The notes beneath the pieces are model-generated. The model worked only from the letters and a program-made list of their open reading frames with translations. It ran no database searches and was not told the origin of the DNA. A stretch of DNA of 24,178 nt from IMG/VR virus record IMGVR_UViG_2537561992_000036; one strand, 5' to 3'. Origin of the DNA: a virus. Taxonomy: Duplodnaviria; Heunggongvirae; Uroviricota; Caudoviricetes. The position numbers and the translations under genes were made by a program. Shown here piece after piece: positions 8,600 to 17,567 of this stretch (its first letter is position 1; every line of letters starts with the position of its first letter).

Positions 8600-8717
8600 A
8601 ACTTCACGTTCAACCTTTTGAAGAATTTCTTCAATCTGGTCGGCAGACTAAATTACAGTCATTGCATTTGCTTTTTCAATAACAACTAAATCTGTTACTT
8701 CACTCATATATCCTCCG

Positions 8718-8746
8718 TCAAAAAAATTGCCCTCACACTGGAGGGC
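8718..8746 (-). terminator. tL1-like intrinsic terminator
   Basis: Stem GCCCTC/GAGGGC with 6-nt loop (8729-8746) followed on the minus strand by a run of seven T; recalled from lambda. Confidence 0.65.
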
Positions 8747-8962
8747 AAAGAAGATTTCCAATAATCAGAACAAGTCGGCTCCTGTTTAGTTACGAGCGAC
8801 ATTGCTCCGTGTATTCACTCGTTGGAATGAATACACAGTGCAGTGTTTATTCGTATGCCTGTCTTTTAACCACATCAGGCTCGGTGGTTCTCGTGTACCC
8901 CTACAGCGAGAAATCGGATAAACTCTATTCACCCCTACAGAGAGAATGATGGAGATTCACCG

Positions 8963-9181
8963 ATGAGTAACTGGTGGCAGGAACTATTACGTTTCTTCCT
9001 GCGTGGTCTTACGCTACAACAGTTAATTCATATGCTTATTATTTTAATTGCCTTGATAATAATCACCCCAGCATCAATTAAAGAGTGGGTAGATATAAGG
9101 AACCCCGAAATACTTCCAGATCACTGGATGTATTACGCAATGCTTTTGTGTATCAGTTATGTTCTGAACAGGGGGATGGAG
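8963..9181 (+). pseudogene. sieB-like gene truncated by IS insertion (73 codons remain)
   Basis: Rightward ORF with a TM-like N-terminus in the position sieB occupies in lambda, downstream of a conserved upstream segment; its stop TGA is the first three bases of the IS. Confidence 0.45.
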
Positions 9182-9235
9182 TGAACCGCCCCGGAAATCC
9201 TGGAGACTAAACTCCCTGAGAAAGAGGTAAACAGG

Positions 9236-9562
9236 ATGACTAAAAATACTCGTTTTTCCCCCGAAGTCCGTCAGCGGGCGATTCGTATGGTTCTGGAAAG
9301 TCAGGATGAATATGACTCACAGTGGGCGGCAATTTGTTCCATTGCCCCAAAGATTGGCTGTACGCCGGAGACTCTGCGTGTCTGGGTTCGCCAGCATGAG
9401 CGGGATACCGGGGGCGGTGATGGTGGGCTCACCAGTGCTGAACGTCAGCGTCTGAAAGAGCTGGAACGTGAAAATCGTGAACTGCGCCGCAGTAACGATA
9501 TCCTTCGCCAGGCTTCCGCTTATTTTGCGAAGGCGGAGTTCGACCGCCTCTGGAAAAAATGA
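9236..9562 (+). CDS. IS3-family transposase OrfA (108 aa)
   Basis: HTH-containing N-terminal transposase ORF ending in an A6 run that overlaps the orfB start. Confidence 0.9.
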   Translation: MTKNTRFSPEVRQRAIRMVLESQDEYDSQWAAICSIAPKIGCTPETLRVWVRQHERDTGGGDGGLTSAERQRLKELERENRELRRSNDILRQASAYFAKAEFDRLWKK

Positions 9563-10449
9563 TGCCACTGCTGGATAAGCTGCGTGAGCAGTACGGGGTC
9601 GGACCGGTATGCAGCGAACTGCATATTGCCCCGTCAACGTATTACCATTGTCAGCAACAGCGACATCATCCGGATAAACGCAGTGCCCGTGCGCAGCACG
9701 ATGACTGGCTGAAGAAAGAGATACAGCGCGTATACGATGAAAATCACCAGGTATACGGTGTGCGTAAAGTCTGGCGTCAGTTGTTACGGGAAGGTATCAG
9801 AGTGGCCAGATGCACTGTGGCACGTCTCATGGCAGTTATGGGACTTGCCGGTGTTCTCCGGGGTAAAAAGGTCCGCACTACCGTCAGCCGGAAAGCCGTT
9901 GCCGCATGCGACCGCGTAAACCGTCAGTTCGTGGCAGAACGTCCAGACCAGTTGTGGGTGGCTGATTTTACCTGGGTAAGCACATGGCAGGGCTTCGTTT
10001 ATGTGGCGTTCATCATTGATGTGTTCGCCGGATACATCGTGGGATGGCAGGTCTCATCATCCATGGAAACAACATTCGTGCTGGATGCACTGGAGCAGGC
10101 GTTGTGGGCCCGTCGGCCGTCCGGCACAATCCATCACAGTGATAAAGGTTCTCAGTATGTATCGCTGGCCTACACGCAGCGGCTTAAGGAAGCCGGATTA
10201 CTGGCATCAACAGGGAGTACTGGCGACTCGTATGACAACGCGATGGCTGAGAGCATCAATGGTCTTTACAAAGCGGAGGTAATACACCGTAATAGCTGGA
10301 AAAACCGGACAGAAGTGGAACTGGCCACACTAGCGTGGGTGGACTGGTATAACAATCGACGATTGCTGGAAAGGCTGGGCCATATTCCTCCGGCAGAAGC
10401 AGAAAAAGCTTATTATGCTTCCATCGGAAATAATGATCTGGCAGCCTGA
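9559..10449 (+). CDS. IS3-family transposase OrfB (296 aa, DDE catalytic domain)
   Basis: Overlaps orfA in the -1 frame; matches my recollection of IS629/IS1203 OrfB. Confidence 0.9.
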   Translation: MMPLLDKLREQYGVGPVCSELHIAPSTYYHCQQQRHHPDKRSARAQHDDWLKKEIQRVYDENHQVYGVRKVWRQLLREGIRVARCTVARLMAVMGLAGVLRGKKVRTTVSRKAVAACDRVNRQFVAERPDQLWVADFTWVSTWQGFVYVAFIIDVFAGYIVGWQVSSSMETTFVLDALEQALWARRPSGTIHHSDKGSQYVSLAYTQRLKEAGLLASTGSTGDSYDNAMAESINGLYKAEVIHRNSWKNRTEVELATLAWVDWYNNRRLLERLGHIPPAEAEKAYYASIGNNDLAA

Positions 10450-10491
10450 GTTCACAGATAAAATACTCTCCAGGAAACCCGGGGCGGTTCA

Positions 10492-10757
10492 GCGTGATGT
10501 TGATCGCGCAGAAACAGATTTACTTATCAACCTGTCAACGCTTACCCAGCGCGGTCTGGCAAAGATGATTGGCTGTCATGAATCGAAGATAAGCAGAACG
10601 GACTGGAGATTTATTGCTTCGGTCTTGTGTGCTTTCGGAATGGCATCAGACATCAGTCCGATTAGCAGAGCTTTTAAGATGCGCTTGATGGACTCACCAA
10701 TAAAAAACGCCCGGTGTGCAAGACCGAGCGTTCTGAACAAATCCAGATGGAATTCTG
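10492..10757 (+). pseudogene. cII-like gene remnant, 5' end removed at the IS junction
   Basis: The last ~19 codons match recalled lambda cII; an HTH-like stretch lies in a different frame upstream; no start codon. Confidence 0.4.
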
Positions 10758-10790
10758 AGGGAATTACTGGATCAATCCACAGGAGTCATT

Positions 10791-11727
10791 ATGACAAATA
10801 CAGCAAAAATACTCAACTTCGGCAGAGGTAACTTTGCCGAACAGGAGCGTAATGTGGCAGATCTCGATGATGGTTACGCCAGACTATCAAATATGCTGCT
10901 TGAGGCCTATTCAGGCGCAGATCTGACCAAGCGACAGTTTAAAGTGCTGCTTGCCATTCTGCGTAAAACCTATGGGTGGAATAACCAATGGACAGAATCA
11001 CCGATTCTCAACTTAGCGAGATTACAAAGTTACCTGTCAAACGGTGCAATGAAGCCAAGTTAGAACTCGTCAGAATGAATATTATCAAGCAGCAAGGCGG
11101 CATGTTTGGACCAAATAAAAACATCTCAGAATGGTGCATCCCTCAAAACGAGGGAGGTTCCCCTAAAATGAGGGAGATCCCTCAAAACGAGGGAAAATCC
11201 CCTAAAACGAGGGATAAAACATCCCTCAAATTAGGGGATTGCTATCCCTCAAAACAGGGGGACACAAAAGACACTATTACAAAAGAAAAAGAAAAGATTA
11301 TTCGTCCGAGAATTCTGGCGAATCCTCTGACCAGCCAGAAAACGATCTTTCTGTGGTTAAACCGGATGCTGCAATTCAGAGCGGCAGCAAGTGGGGAACA
11401 GCAGAAGACCTGACCGCCGCAGAGTGGATGTTTGACATGGTGAAGACCATCGCACCATCAGCCAGAAAACCGAATTTTGCAGGGTGGGCTAACGATATCC
11501 GCCTGATGCGTGAACGTGACGGACGTAACCACCGCGATATGTGTGTGCTTTTCCGCTGGGCCTGCCAGGACAACTTCTGGTCCGGTAACGTGCTGAGTCC
11601 GGCCAAACTCCGCGACAAGTGGACCCAGCTCGAAATCAACCGTAACAAGCAACAGGCAGCCGTGACAGCCAGCAAACCAAAACTCGACCTGACAAACACT
11701 GACTGGATTTACGGGGTGGATCTATGA
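10791..11727 (+). pseudogene. O: Replication initiator O, split into three frames by two 1-nt deletions
   Basis: Three overlapping track ORFs each match consecutive parts of recalled lambda O; frame changes at about 10982-10985 and 11286-11290, both in A runs. Confidence 0.8.
11139..11262. repeat. ori-lambda-type iterons, six copies
   Basis: Six tandem 17-18 bp units of TCCCTCAAAACGAGGGA type at 11139, 11159, 11178, 11198, 11222 and 11245, followed by an AT-rich stretch. Confidence 0.85.
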
Positions 11728-12426
11728 AAAACATCGCCGCACAGATGGTTAACTTTGACCGTGAGCAGATGCGTCGGATCGCCAACAACATGCCGGGAAC
11801 AGTACGACGAAAAGCCGCAGGTACAACAGGTAGCGCAGATCATCAACGGTGTGTTCAGCCAGTTACTGGCAACTTTCCCGGCGAGCCTGGCTAACCGTGA
11901 CCAGAACGAACTGAACGAAATCCGCCGCCAGTGGGTTCTGGCTTTCCGGGAAAACGGGATCACCACAATGGAACAGGTTAACGCAGGAATGCGCGTAGCC
12001 CGTCGGCAGAATCGACCATTCCTGCCATCACCCGGGCAGTTTGTTGCATGGTGCCGGGAAGAAGCATCCGTTATCGCCGGACTGCCAAACGTCAGCGAGC
12101 TGGTTGATATGGTTTACGAGTATTGCCGGAAGCGAGGCCTGTATCCGGATGCGGAGTCTTATCCGTGGAAATCAAACGCGCACTACTGGCTGGTTACCAA
12201 CCTGTATCAGAACATGCGGGCCAATGCGCTTACTGATGCGGAATTACGCCGTAAGGCCGCAGATGAGCTTGTCCATATGACTGCGAGAATTAACCGTGGT
12301 GAGGCGCTCCCTGAACCAGTAAAACAACTTCCTGTCATGGGCGGTAGACCTCTAAATCGTGCACAGGCTCTGGCGAAGATCGCAGAACTCAAAGCTAAGT
12401 TCGGACTGAAAGGAGCAAGTGTATGA
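11724..12426 (+). pseudogene. P: Replication protein P with a +1 frameshift near codon 24
   Basis: ATG overlaps the O stop; N-terminus MKNIAAQMVNFDREQMRRIANNMP matches recalled lambda P, then the frame shifts at a G run (11793-11797); the rest matches in another frame. Confidence 0.75.
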
Positions 12427-12713
12427 CGGGCAAAGAGGCAATTATTCATTACCTGGGGACGCATAATAGCTTCTGTGCGCCGGACGTTGCCGCGCTAACA
12501 GGCGCAACAGTAACCAGCATAAATCAGGCCGCGGCTAAAATGGCACGGGCAGGTCTTCTGGTTATCGAAGGTAAGGTCTGGCGAACGGTGTATTACCGGT
12601 TTGCTACCAAGGAAGAACGGGAAGGAAAGATGAGCACGAACCTAATTTTTAAGGAGTGTCGCCAGAGTGCCGCGATGAAACGGGTATTGGCGGTATATGG
12701 AGTTAAAAGATGA
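12423..12713 (+). CDS. ren: Ren protein (96 aa)
   Basis: Near-identical to recalled lambda Ren; overlaps the P stop. Confidence 0.9.
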   Translation: MTGKEAIIHYLGTHNSFCAPDVAALTGATVTSINQAAAKMARAGLLVIEGKVWRTVYYRFATKEEREGKMSTNLIFKECRQSAAMKRVLAVYGVKR

Positions 12714-12738
12714 CCATCTACATCACTGAGCTAATAAC

Positions 12739-12770
12739 AGGCCTGCTGGTAATCGCAGGCCTTTTTATTT
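12739..12770 (+). terminator. Intrinsic terminator downstream of ren (tR2-like)
   Basis: Perfect 8-bp stem AGGCCTGC/GCAGGCCT with 8-nt loop followed by TTTTTATTT. Confidence 0.7.
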
Positions 12771-13009
12771 GGGGGAGAGTAAATCGTGGCTGAGTTTATG
12801 CTCGTCGCACTCAAATGCGTTGGCGTTTGATGGATTCTTCTGACGTTATTTATTGTTCTGCATAGCTACATTCGTCTTGTGAATGACGGTAAAGACCCAT
12901 GGTATACGTTGTTTGGCGCTGCATTTGTCTGGGTGATTATCGGTGTTGCGCCTGTCGCTGTAGCAAAAATGGCGTGGCGTTTTGTGAGTTGAACTGAGGG
13001 TAAGTATCG

Positions 13010-13366
13010 ATGGACGAATCAAGAAAGCAGTTTGAGGAATACGTTGCCAAAAAATTGAGATTACCATTCGAGATGATAACCGAGGCAAGAAATGGTGATA
13101 GGTACTTCGCATTTTCAAGCATGGATATTCGTCACTCCTTAAATGAGTGGTGGACTTTATGGCAGGCATCGCGAGCAGCTATTGAACTGGATATCGACTG
13201 GCCAGAATCGAATGACGACTTTTGGAAAGATGGTGAAGAAGGTGCTTATGCGATGGGTTATGAGGATGGGCGTGACAAAACGGTAATTGCAGTAATGAAA
13301 GCTATCAGAGCCGCTGGAATTAAAGAGAAGAATTTCGATGAAGCAAACAATATTCCTCCGAACTAA
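13010..13366 (+). CDS. Hypothetical 118-aa protein between ren and ninB
   Basis: ORF on a segment absent from lambda as recalled (ninB follows the terminator directly there); no motif recognised. Confidence 0.55.
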   Translation: MDESRKQFEEYVAKKLRLPFEMITEARNGDRYFAFSSMDIRHSLNEWWTLWQASRAAIELDIDWPESNDDFWKDGEEGAYAMGYEDGRDKTVIAVMKAIRAAGIKEKNFDEANNIPPN

Positions 13367-13748
13367 GCAACAACAGCAAGCCGCAATCAACGCCATCCTC
13401 GCAACACCACTCGATAAAGACAAGCCAGTCACCATCCGCATTACTGACTACAAGCGCAACCTTGACCAGAACGCAAAATTTCACGCGATGCTGGCGGATA
13501 TCGCACGTCAGGTTCAATGGTGCGATAAGTGGTTAAAACCAGAACAATGGAAGGTTTTGTTGATTAGCGGTCATGCAGTGGCAACAAAGCAGGAAGCTGA
13601 TGTTTTGCCCGGCCTTGAAGGCGAATACGTCAACATTCGCGAAAGTAGCGCGCAGATGAGTGTGAAGCGTATGGCAAGTCTGATTGAGTACACGACAGCA
13701 TGGGCTATTGGTCAGGGCGTCAGATTTACCGACAGGAGGTACGAATGA
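13338..13748 (+). CDS. ninB: NinB-family protein (divergent)
   Basis: Aligns along its length with recalled lambda NinB at low identity (e.g. [22 protein letters not shown] versus RSLDQNRKLWACLGDVSRQVEW). Confidence 0.75.
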   Translation: MKQTIFLRTKQQQQAAINAILATPLDKDKPVTIRITDYKRNLDQNAKFHAMLADIARQVQWCDKWLKPEQWKVLLISGHAVATKQEADVLPGLEGEYVNIRESSAQMSVKRMASLIEYTTAWAIGQGVRFTDRRYE

Positions 13749-13921
13749 GACGACAGCGACGAAGTATCACCGACATAATCTGTGAAAACTGCAAATACCT
13801 TCCAACGAAACGCTCCAGAAATAAACGCAAGCCAATCCCAAAAGAATCTGACGTAAAAACCTTCAACTACACGGCTCACCTGTGGGATATCCGGTGGCTA
13901 AGACATCGTGCGAGGAAATGA
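13746..13921 (+). CDS. NinD-like small protein (58 aa)
   Basis: ATG overlaps the ninB stop; sequence [22 protein letters not shown] matches the recalled lambda ninD region. Confidence 0.6.
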
Positions 13922-14163
13922 CAATGCTTTTAATTCAACCTGGATTTGGACTTAGCATCAAAAAAGGCCACATGTTTGGCGAGAAAGAGTCACAACGAAA
14001 AATGGTGTCTATCCGGTTGCCATTTATCAGTATTTATTGGCTAAACAGGGAGGCAACAAATTATTGGTATACATGCGCCAGAGCAGCATTTAACGACCCT
14101 GACTGGTTTGTGAAAAACCACTGAACCGCCCCGGGTTTCCTGGAGAGTATTTTATCTGTGAAC

Positions 14164-15054
14164 TCAGGCTGCCAGATCATTATTTCCGATGGAAGCATAA
14201 TAAGCTTTTTCTGCTTCTGCCGGAGGAATATGGCCCAGCCTTTCCAGCAATCGTCGATTGTTATACCAGTCCACCCACGTTAGTGTGGCCAGTTCCACTT
14301 CTGTCCGGTTTTTCCAGCTATTACGGTGTATTACCTCCGCTTTGTAAAGACCATTGATGCTCTCAGCCATCGCGTTGTCATACGAGTCGCCAGTACTCCC
14401 TGTTGATGCCAGTAATCCGGCTTCCTTAAGCCGCTGCGTGTAGGCCAGCGATACATACTGAGAACCTTTATCACTGTGATGGATTGTGCCGGACGGCCGA
14501 CGGGCCCACAACGCCTGCTCCAGTGCATCCAGCACGAATGTTGTTTCCATGGATGATGAGACCTGCCATCCCACGATGTATCCGGCGAACACATCAATGA
14601 TGAACGCCACATAAACGAAGCCCTGCCATGTGCTTACCCAGGTAAAATCAGCCACCCACAACTGGTCTGGACGTTCTGCCACGAACTGACGGTTTACGCG
14701 GTCGCATGCGGCAACGGCTTTCCGGCTGACGGTAGTGCGGACCTTTTTACCCCGGAGAACACCGGCAAGTCCCATAACTGCCATGAGACGTGCCACAGTG
14801 CATCTGGCCACTCTGATACCTTCCCGTAACAACTGACGCCAGACTTTACGCACACCGTACACCTGATGATTTTCATCGTATACGCGCTGTATCTCTTTCT
14901 TCAGCCAGTCATCGTGCTGCGCACGGGCACTGCGTTTATCCGGATGATGTCGCTGTTGCTGACAATGGTAATACGTTGACGGGGCAATATGCAGTTCGCT
15001 GCATACCGGTCCGACCCCGTACTGCTCACGCAGCTTATCCAGCAGTGGCATCAT
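14164..15054 (-). CDS. IS3-family transposase OrfB
   Basis: 296-aa ORF identical to the copy A OrfB except one residue. Confidence 0.9.
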   Translation of the reverse strand: MMPLLDKLREQYGVGPVCSELHIAPSTYYHCQQQRHHPDKRSARAQHDDWLKKEIQRVYDENHQVYGVRKVWRQLLREGIRVARCTVARLMAVMGLAGVLRGKKVRTTVSRKAVAACDRVNRQFVAERPDQLWVADFTWVSTWQGFVYVAFIIDVFAGYIVGWQVSSSMETTFVLDALEQALWARRPSGTIHHSDKGSQYVSLAYTQRLKEAGLLASTGSTGDSYDNAMAESINGLYKAEVIHRNSWKNRTEVELATLTWVDWYNNRRLLERLGHIPPAEAEKAYYASIGNNDLAA

Positions 15055-15377
15055 TTTTTCCAGAGGCGGTCGAACTCCGCCTTCGCAAAATAAGCGGAAG
15101 CCTGGCGAAGGATATCGTTACTGCGGCGCAGTTCACGATTTTCACGTTCCAGCTCTTTCAGACGCTGACGTTCAGCACTGGTGAGCCCACCATCACCGCC
15201 CCCGGTATCCCGCTCATGCTGGCGAACCCAGACACGCAGAGTCTCCGGCGTACAGCCAATCTTTGGGGCAATGGAACAAATTGCCGCCCACTGTGAGTCA
15301 TATTCATCCTGACTTTCCAGAACCATACGAATCGCCCGCTGACGGACTTCGGGGGAAAAACGAGTATTTTTAGTCAT
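15051..15377 (-). CDS. IS3-family transposase OrfA
   Basis: 108-aa ORF identical to the copy A OrfA. Confidence 0.9.
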   Translation of the reverse strand: MTKNTRFSPEVRQRAIRMVLESQDEYDSQWAAICSIAPKIGCTPETLRVWVRQHERDTGGGDGGLTSAERQRLKELERENRELRRSNDILRQASAYFAKAEFDRLWKK

Positions 15378-15630
15378 CCTGTTTACCTCTTTCTCAGGGA
15401 GTTTAGTCTCCAGGATTTCCGGGGCGGTTCACACCACGCAGTTCGTCAGGCAAAGAGAAAGGCCAATATGACATACATGAAGGCGTATCAAAAAGCATGG
15501 AAAGAACACCGCGATCGATACCAACAAGACATGGAAAAGCTTGAATCAGAAAACATGGAATTAAGACGAAAGCTCGGTGAAGCAAAACGAGACATTGATG
15601 CTTACAAGCGACTTTTTAATGGTGAAAGCC

Positions 15631-15807
15631 ATGCTTAGCCCATCCCAATCCCTTCAATACCAGAAAGAAAGCGTCGAGCGAGCTTTAACGTGCGCTAACT
15701 GCGGTCAGAAGCTGCATGTGCTGGAAGTTCACGTGTGTGAGTACTGCTGCGCAGAACTGATGAGCGATCCGAATAGCTCAATGTACGAGGAAGAAGACGA
15801 TGAATGA
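15631..15807 (+). CDS. NinF-like small Cys-rich protein (58 aa)
   Basis: ESVERALTCANCGQKLHVLEVHVCE.CCAELMSDPNSSM matches recalled lambda NinF; start taken at the internal ATG (15631). Confidence 0.6.
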   Translation: MLSPSQSLQYQKESVERALTCANCGQKLHVLEVHVCEYCCAELMSDPNSSMYEEEDDE

Positions 15808-16522
15808 GTTAATAAATGGCAATGCCATCAAAATGACAAGCATTGAAATAGCTGAGTTGGTGGGTAAGCGTCATGACAATGTGAAACGTACCATCGAAAC
15901 GCTGGCTAAAAATGGTGTTATCCGGCTTCCTCAAATTGAGGTTTCCGAAAGAATCAATAACTTAGGGTTCAATGTTCAGTACGAGCATTACGTCTTCGAG
16001 GGCGAACAAGGTAAGCGAGACAGTATTGTCGTTGTTGCCCAGTTGTCGCCAGAGTTCACCGCTCGTCTTGTTGACCGTTGGCGAGAGCTTGAAGAAACTG
16101 CGGTTAATATCCCCAAAACGTTACCGGAAGCGTTGCGCCTTGCTGCTGATCTTGCTGAGCAGAAAATGCAACTGGAAAACCAGCTCGCAATTGCCGCACC
16201 TAAAGTTGAGTTTGCCGATCGCGTTGGCGAGGCCAGCGGAATTTTGATTGGAAACTTTGCAAAGGTTGTTGGTATTGGTCCAAACAAACTGTTTGCGTGG
16301 ATGCGCGATCACAAAATCCTTATTGCTTCAGGTTCCCGGCGCAATGTGCCAATGCAGGAATATATGGATCGCGGCTATTTCACAGTGAAAGAAACAGCGG
16401 TCAACACAAATCACGGAATACAGATATCGTTCACCACAAAAATCACCGGGCGTGGTCAACAGTGGCTGACCAGAAAGCTGCTCGATAACGGAATGCTGAA
16501 AGTAACAGGGGAGGCTGCTTAA
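15800..16522 (+). CDS. Phage antirepressor, Rha-like N-terminal and KilA-C/Ant-like C-terminal domains (240 aa)
   Basis: N-terminus MNELINGNAIKMTSIEIAELVGKRHDNVKR resembles Rha/Ant regulators; C-terminal half resembles the KilA-C domain; ATG overlaps the ninF-like stop. Confidence 0.7.
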   Translation: MNELINGNAIKMTSIEIAELVGKRHDNVKRTIETLAKNGVIRLPQIEVSERINNLGFNVQYEHYVFEGEQGKRDSIVVVAQLSPEFTARLVDRWRELEETAVNIPKTLPEALRLAADLAEQKMQLENQLAIAAPKVEFADRVGEASGILIGNFAKVVGIGPNKLFAWMRDHKILIASGSRRNVPMQEYMDRGYFTVKETAVNTNHGIQISFTTKITGRGQQWLTRKLLDNGMLKVTGEAA

Positions 16523-16812
16523 TGGCTAACCTACGCAAAGAATCTCGCGGCAGAGAATGCCAGGTACGTATTTACGGCATATGCAATGGCAATCCTGAAA
16601 CTACAGTTCTGGCACATTACCGGATGGCTGGAATTTGCGGAACGGGAATGAAGCCTGACGACCTGATCGGCGCATGGGCTTGTAGCGCGTGTCACGATGA
16701 AATCGACCGACGCACCCATAACCTCGACAACAAAGACGCCAGACTTTACCACCTCGAAGGCGTGATCAGGACGCAGGCGATACTGCTGAAGGAGGGGAAG
16801 ATTAAGTCATGA
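16522..16812 (+). CDS. YbcO-like protein (DUF1364, putative nuclease; 96 aa)
   Basis: Close to recalled E. coli DLP12 YbcO, including ARGRECQVRI and CSACHDEIDRRTH. Confidence 0.7.
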   Translation: MANLRKESRGRECQVRIYGICNGNPETTVLAHYRMAGICGTGMKPDDLIGAWACSACHDEIDRRTHNLDNKDARLYHLEGVIRTQAILLKEGKIKS

Positions 16813-17171
16813 ACGAATATCAGTTTGTGCTTCCATACCCGCCGTCGGTGAATACCTACTGGCGAAGACGGGGAAGCCAATACTACATCAGCGATAAAGG
16901 CCAGAAATACCGAAAAGACGTTCAGCAAATCATCCACCAACTCAAGTTAGATATTTTCACCAAATCACGACTCCGCATCAAAGTAATCGCAGACGTTCCA
17001 GACTCCCGCCGCCGCGACCTAGATAACATCCTGAAGGGTTTACTCGACTCCCTTATCCATGCCGGATTTGCGGAAGACGACGAGCAATTCGATGACATTC
17101 GCGTAATTCGTGGTGTGAAAGTACCAGGCGGACGGCTTGGAATAAAAATCACCGAACTGGAGAACGCATGA
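16809..17171 (+). CDS. rusA: RusA-family Holliday-junction resolvase (120 aa)
   Basis: Matches recalled RusA features (PSVN.YWRRR near the N-terminus, RRRDLDN motif, GGRL near the C-terminus). Confidence 0.8.
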   Translation: MNEYQFVLPYPPSVNTYWRRRGSQYYISDKGQKYRKDVQQIIHQLKLDIFTKSRLRIKVIADVPDSRRRDLDNILKGLLDSLIHAGFAEDDEQFDDIRVIRGVKVPGGRLGIKITELENA

Positions 17172-17356
17172 ACGCCACAATTCAAACGATACCAGAGCTT
17201 CTTATCCAGACACGAGGCAATCAGACCGAAGTGGCGAGGATGCTTTCCTGCGCAAGAGGAACAGTGCTCAAGTACAACCGAGACAGCAAAGGCGAGCGTC
17301 ATGTAATAGTTAACGGCGTCCTGATGGTCAAACAGGGCAAGAGGGGAAGACGATGA
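17168..17356 (+). CDS. NinH-like protein (62 aa)
   Basis: GNQTEVARMLSCARGTVLKY and IVNGVLMV match recalled lambda NinH; overlaps the rusA stop. Confidence 0.65.
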   Translation: MNATIQTIPELLIQTRGNQTEVARMLSCARGTVLKYNRDSKGERHVIVNGVLMVKQGKRGRR

Positions 17357-17442
17357 GACTCGAAAGCGTAGCTAAATTTCATTCGCCAAAAAGCCCGATG
17401 ATGAGCGACTCACTACTGGCCACAGTTTATTGGTTTTCGTAA
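17353..17442 (+). pseudogene. Q: Lambda-type antiterminator Q, 5' remnant (29 codons)
   Basis: First ~16 codons (MRLESVAKFHSPKSPMMSDS) match recalled lambda Q; the sequence then diverges into AT-rich DNA and stops at 17440-17442. Confidence 0.6.
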
Positions 17443-17484
17443 CTGAGTCATTTTATTATTTTATTGCAACTTTTAATCTTTTAT

Positions 17485-17521
17485 AGTGCGAAATAAATGG
17501 AGCTGGCATTCATTTCGCACT
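17485..17521. repeat. Perfect 10-bp inverted repeat with 17-nt loop; possible terminator
   Basis: AGTGCGAAAT ... ATTTCGCACT followed on the + strand by TTTATGTTTTTGTT; lies between the Q remnant and the convergent OMP gene. Confidence 0.4.
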
Positions 17522-17567
17522 TTATGTTTTTGTTGGACTTATGTTATTTTGATTGAATTCAATTCAG

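Larger units (their letters stand above)
9182..10491 (+). mobile_element. IS3-family insertion sequence, IS629-like (copy A, 1310 bp)
   Basis: Imperfect terminal inverted repeats starting TGAACCGCCCCGG; overlapping orfA/orfB; no direct repeat at the flanks (GAG left, GCG right). Confidence 0.9.
14122..15431 (-). mobile_element. IS3-family insertion sequence, IS629-like (copy B, 1310 bp, inverted relative to copy A)
   Basis: Same ends and ORFs as copy A with a few substitutions; flanked by a 3-bp direct repeat CAC (14119-14121 and 15432-15434). Confidence 0.9.
13918..15638 (+). pseudogene. nin-region gene of unknown function interrupted by IS copy B
   Basis: 5' part 13918-14121 and 3' part 15435-15638 are in the same frame once the IS and one copy of the 3-bp duplication CAC are removed (about 135 aa). 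Confidence 0.55.

Noticed and set aside
9317..10282. Extra ORFs inside IS copy A (106 aa minus strand; 60 and 93 aa plus strand), and their mirror images in copy B
   Set aside because: They overlap the transposase ORFs in other frames or antisense; IS3-family elements encode only orfA and orfB.
10415..10831. 138-aa ORF spanning the IS copy A end into phage DNA
   Set aside because: Chimeric reading frame starting inside the IS; the phage part is an out-of-frame remnant of a cII-like gene, not a real fusion.
12846..13441. Minus-strand ORFs of 107, 61 and 94 aa in the ren-ninB interval
   Set aside because: Antisense to better-supported plus-strand genes, with no RBS or motif.
9182..15431. Possibility that the segment between the two IS copies is inverted
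   Set aside because: Enclosed genes (cII remnant, O, P, ren, ninB, ninD) are in canonical rightward order and copy B has a matching 3-bp duplication, so the current arrangement is not inverted.
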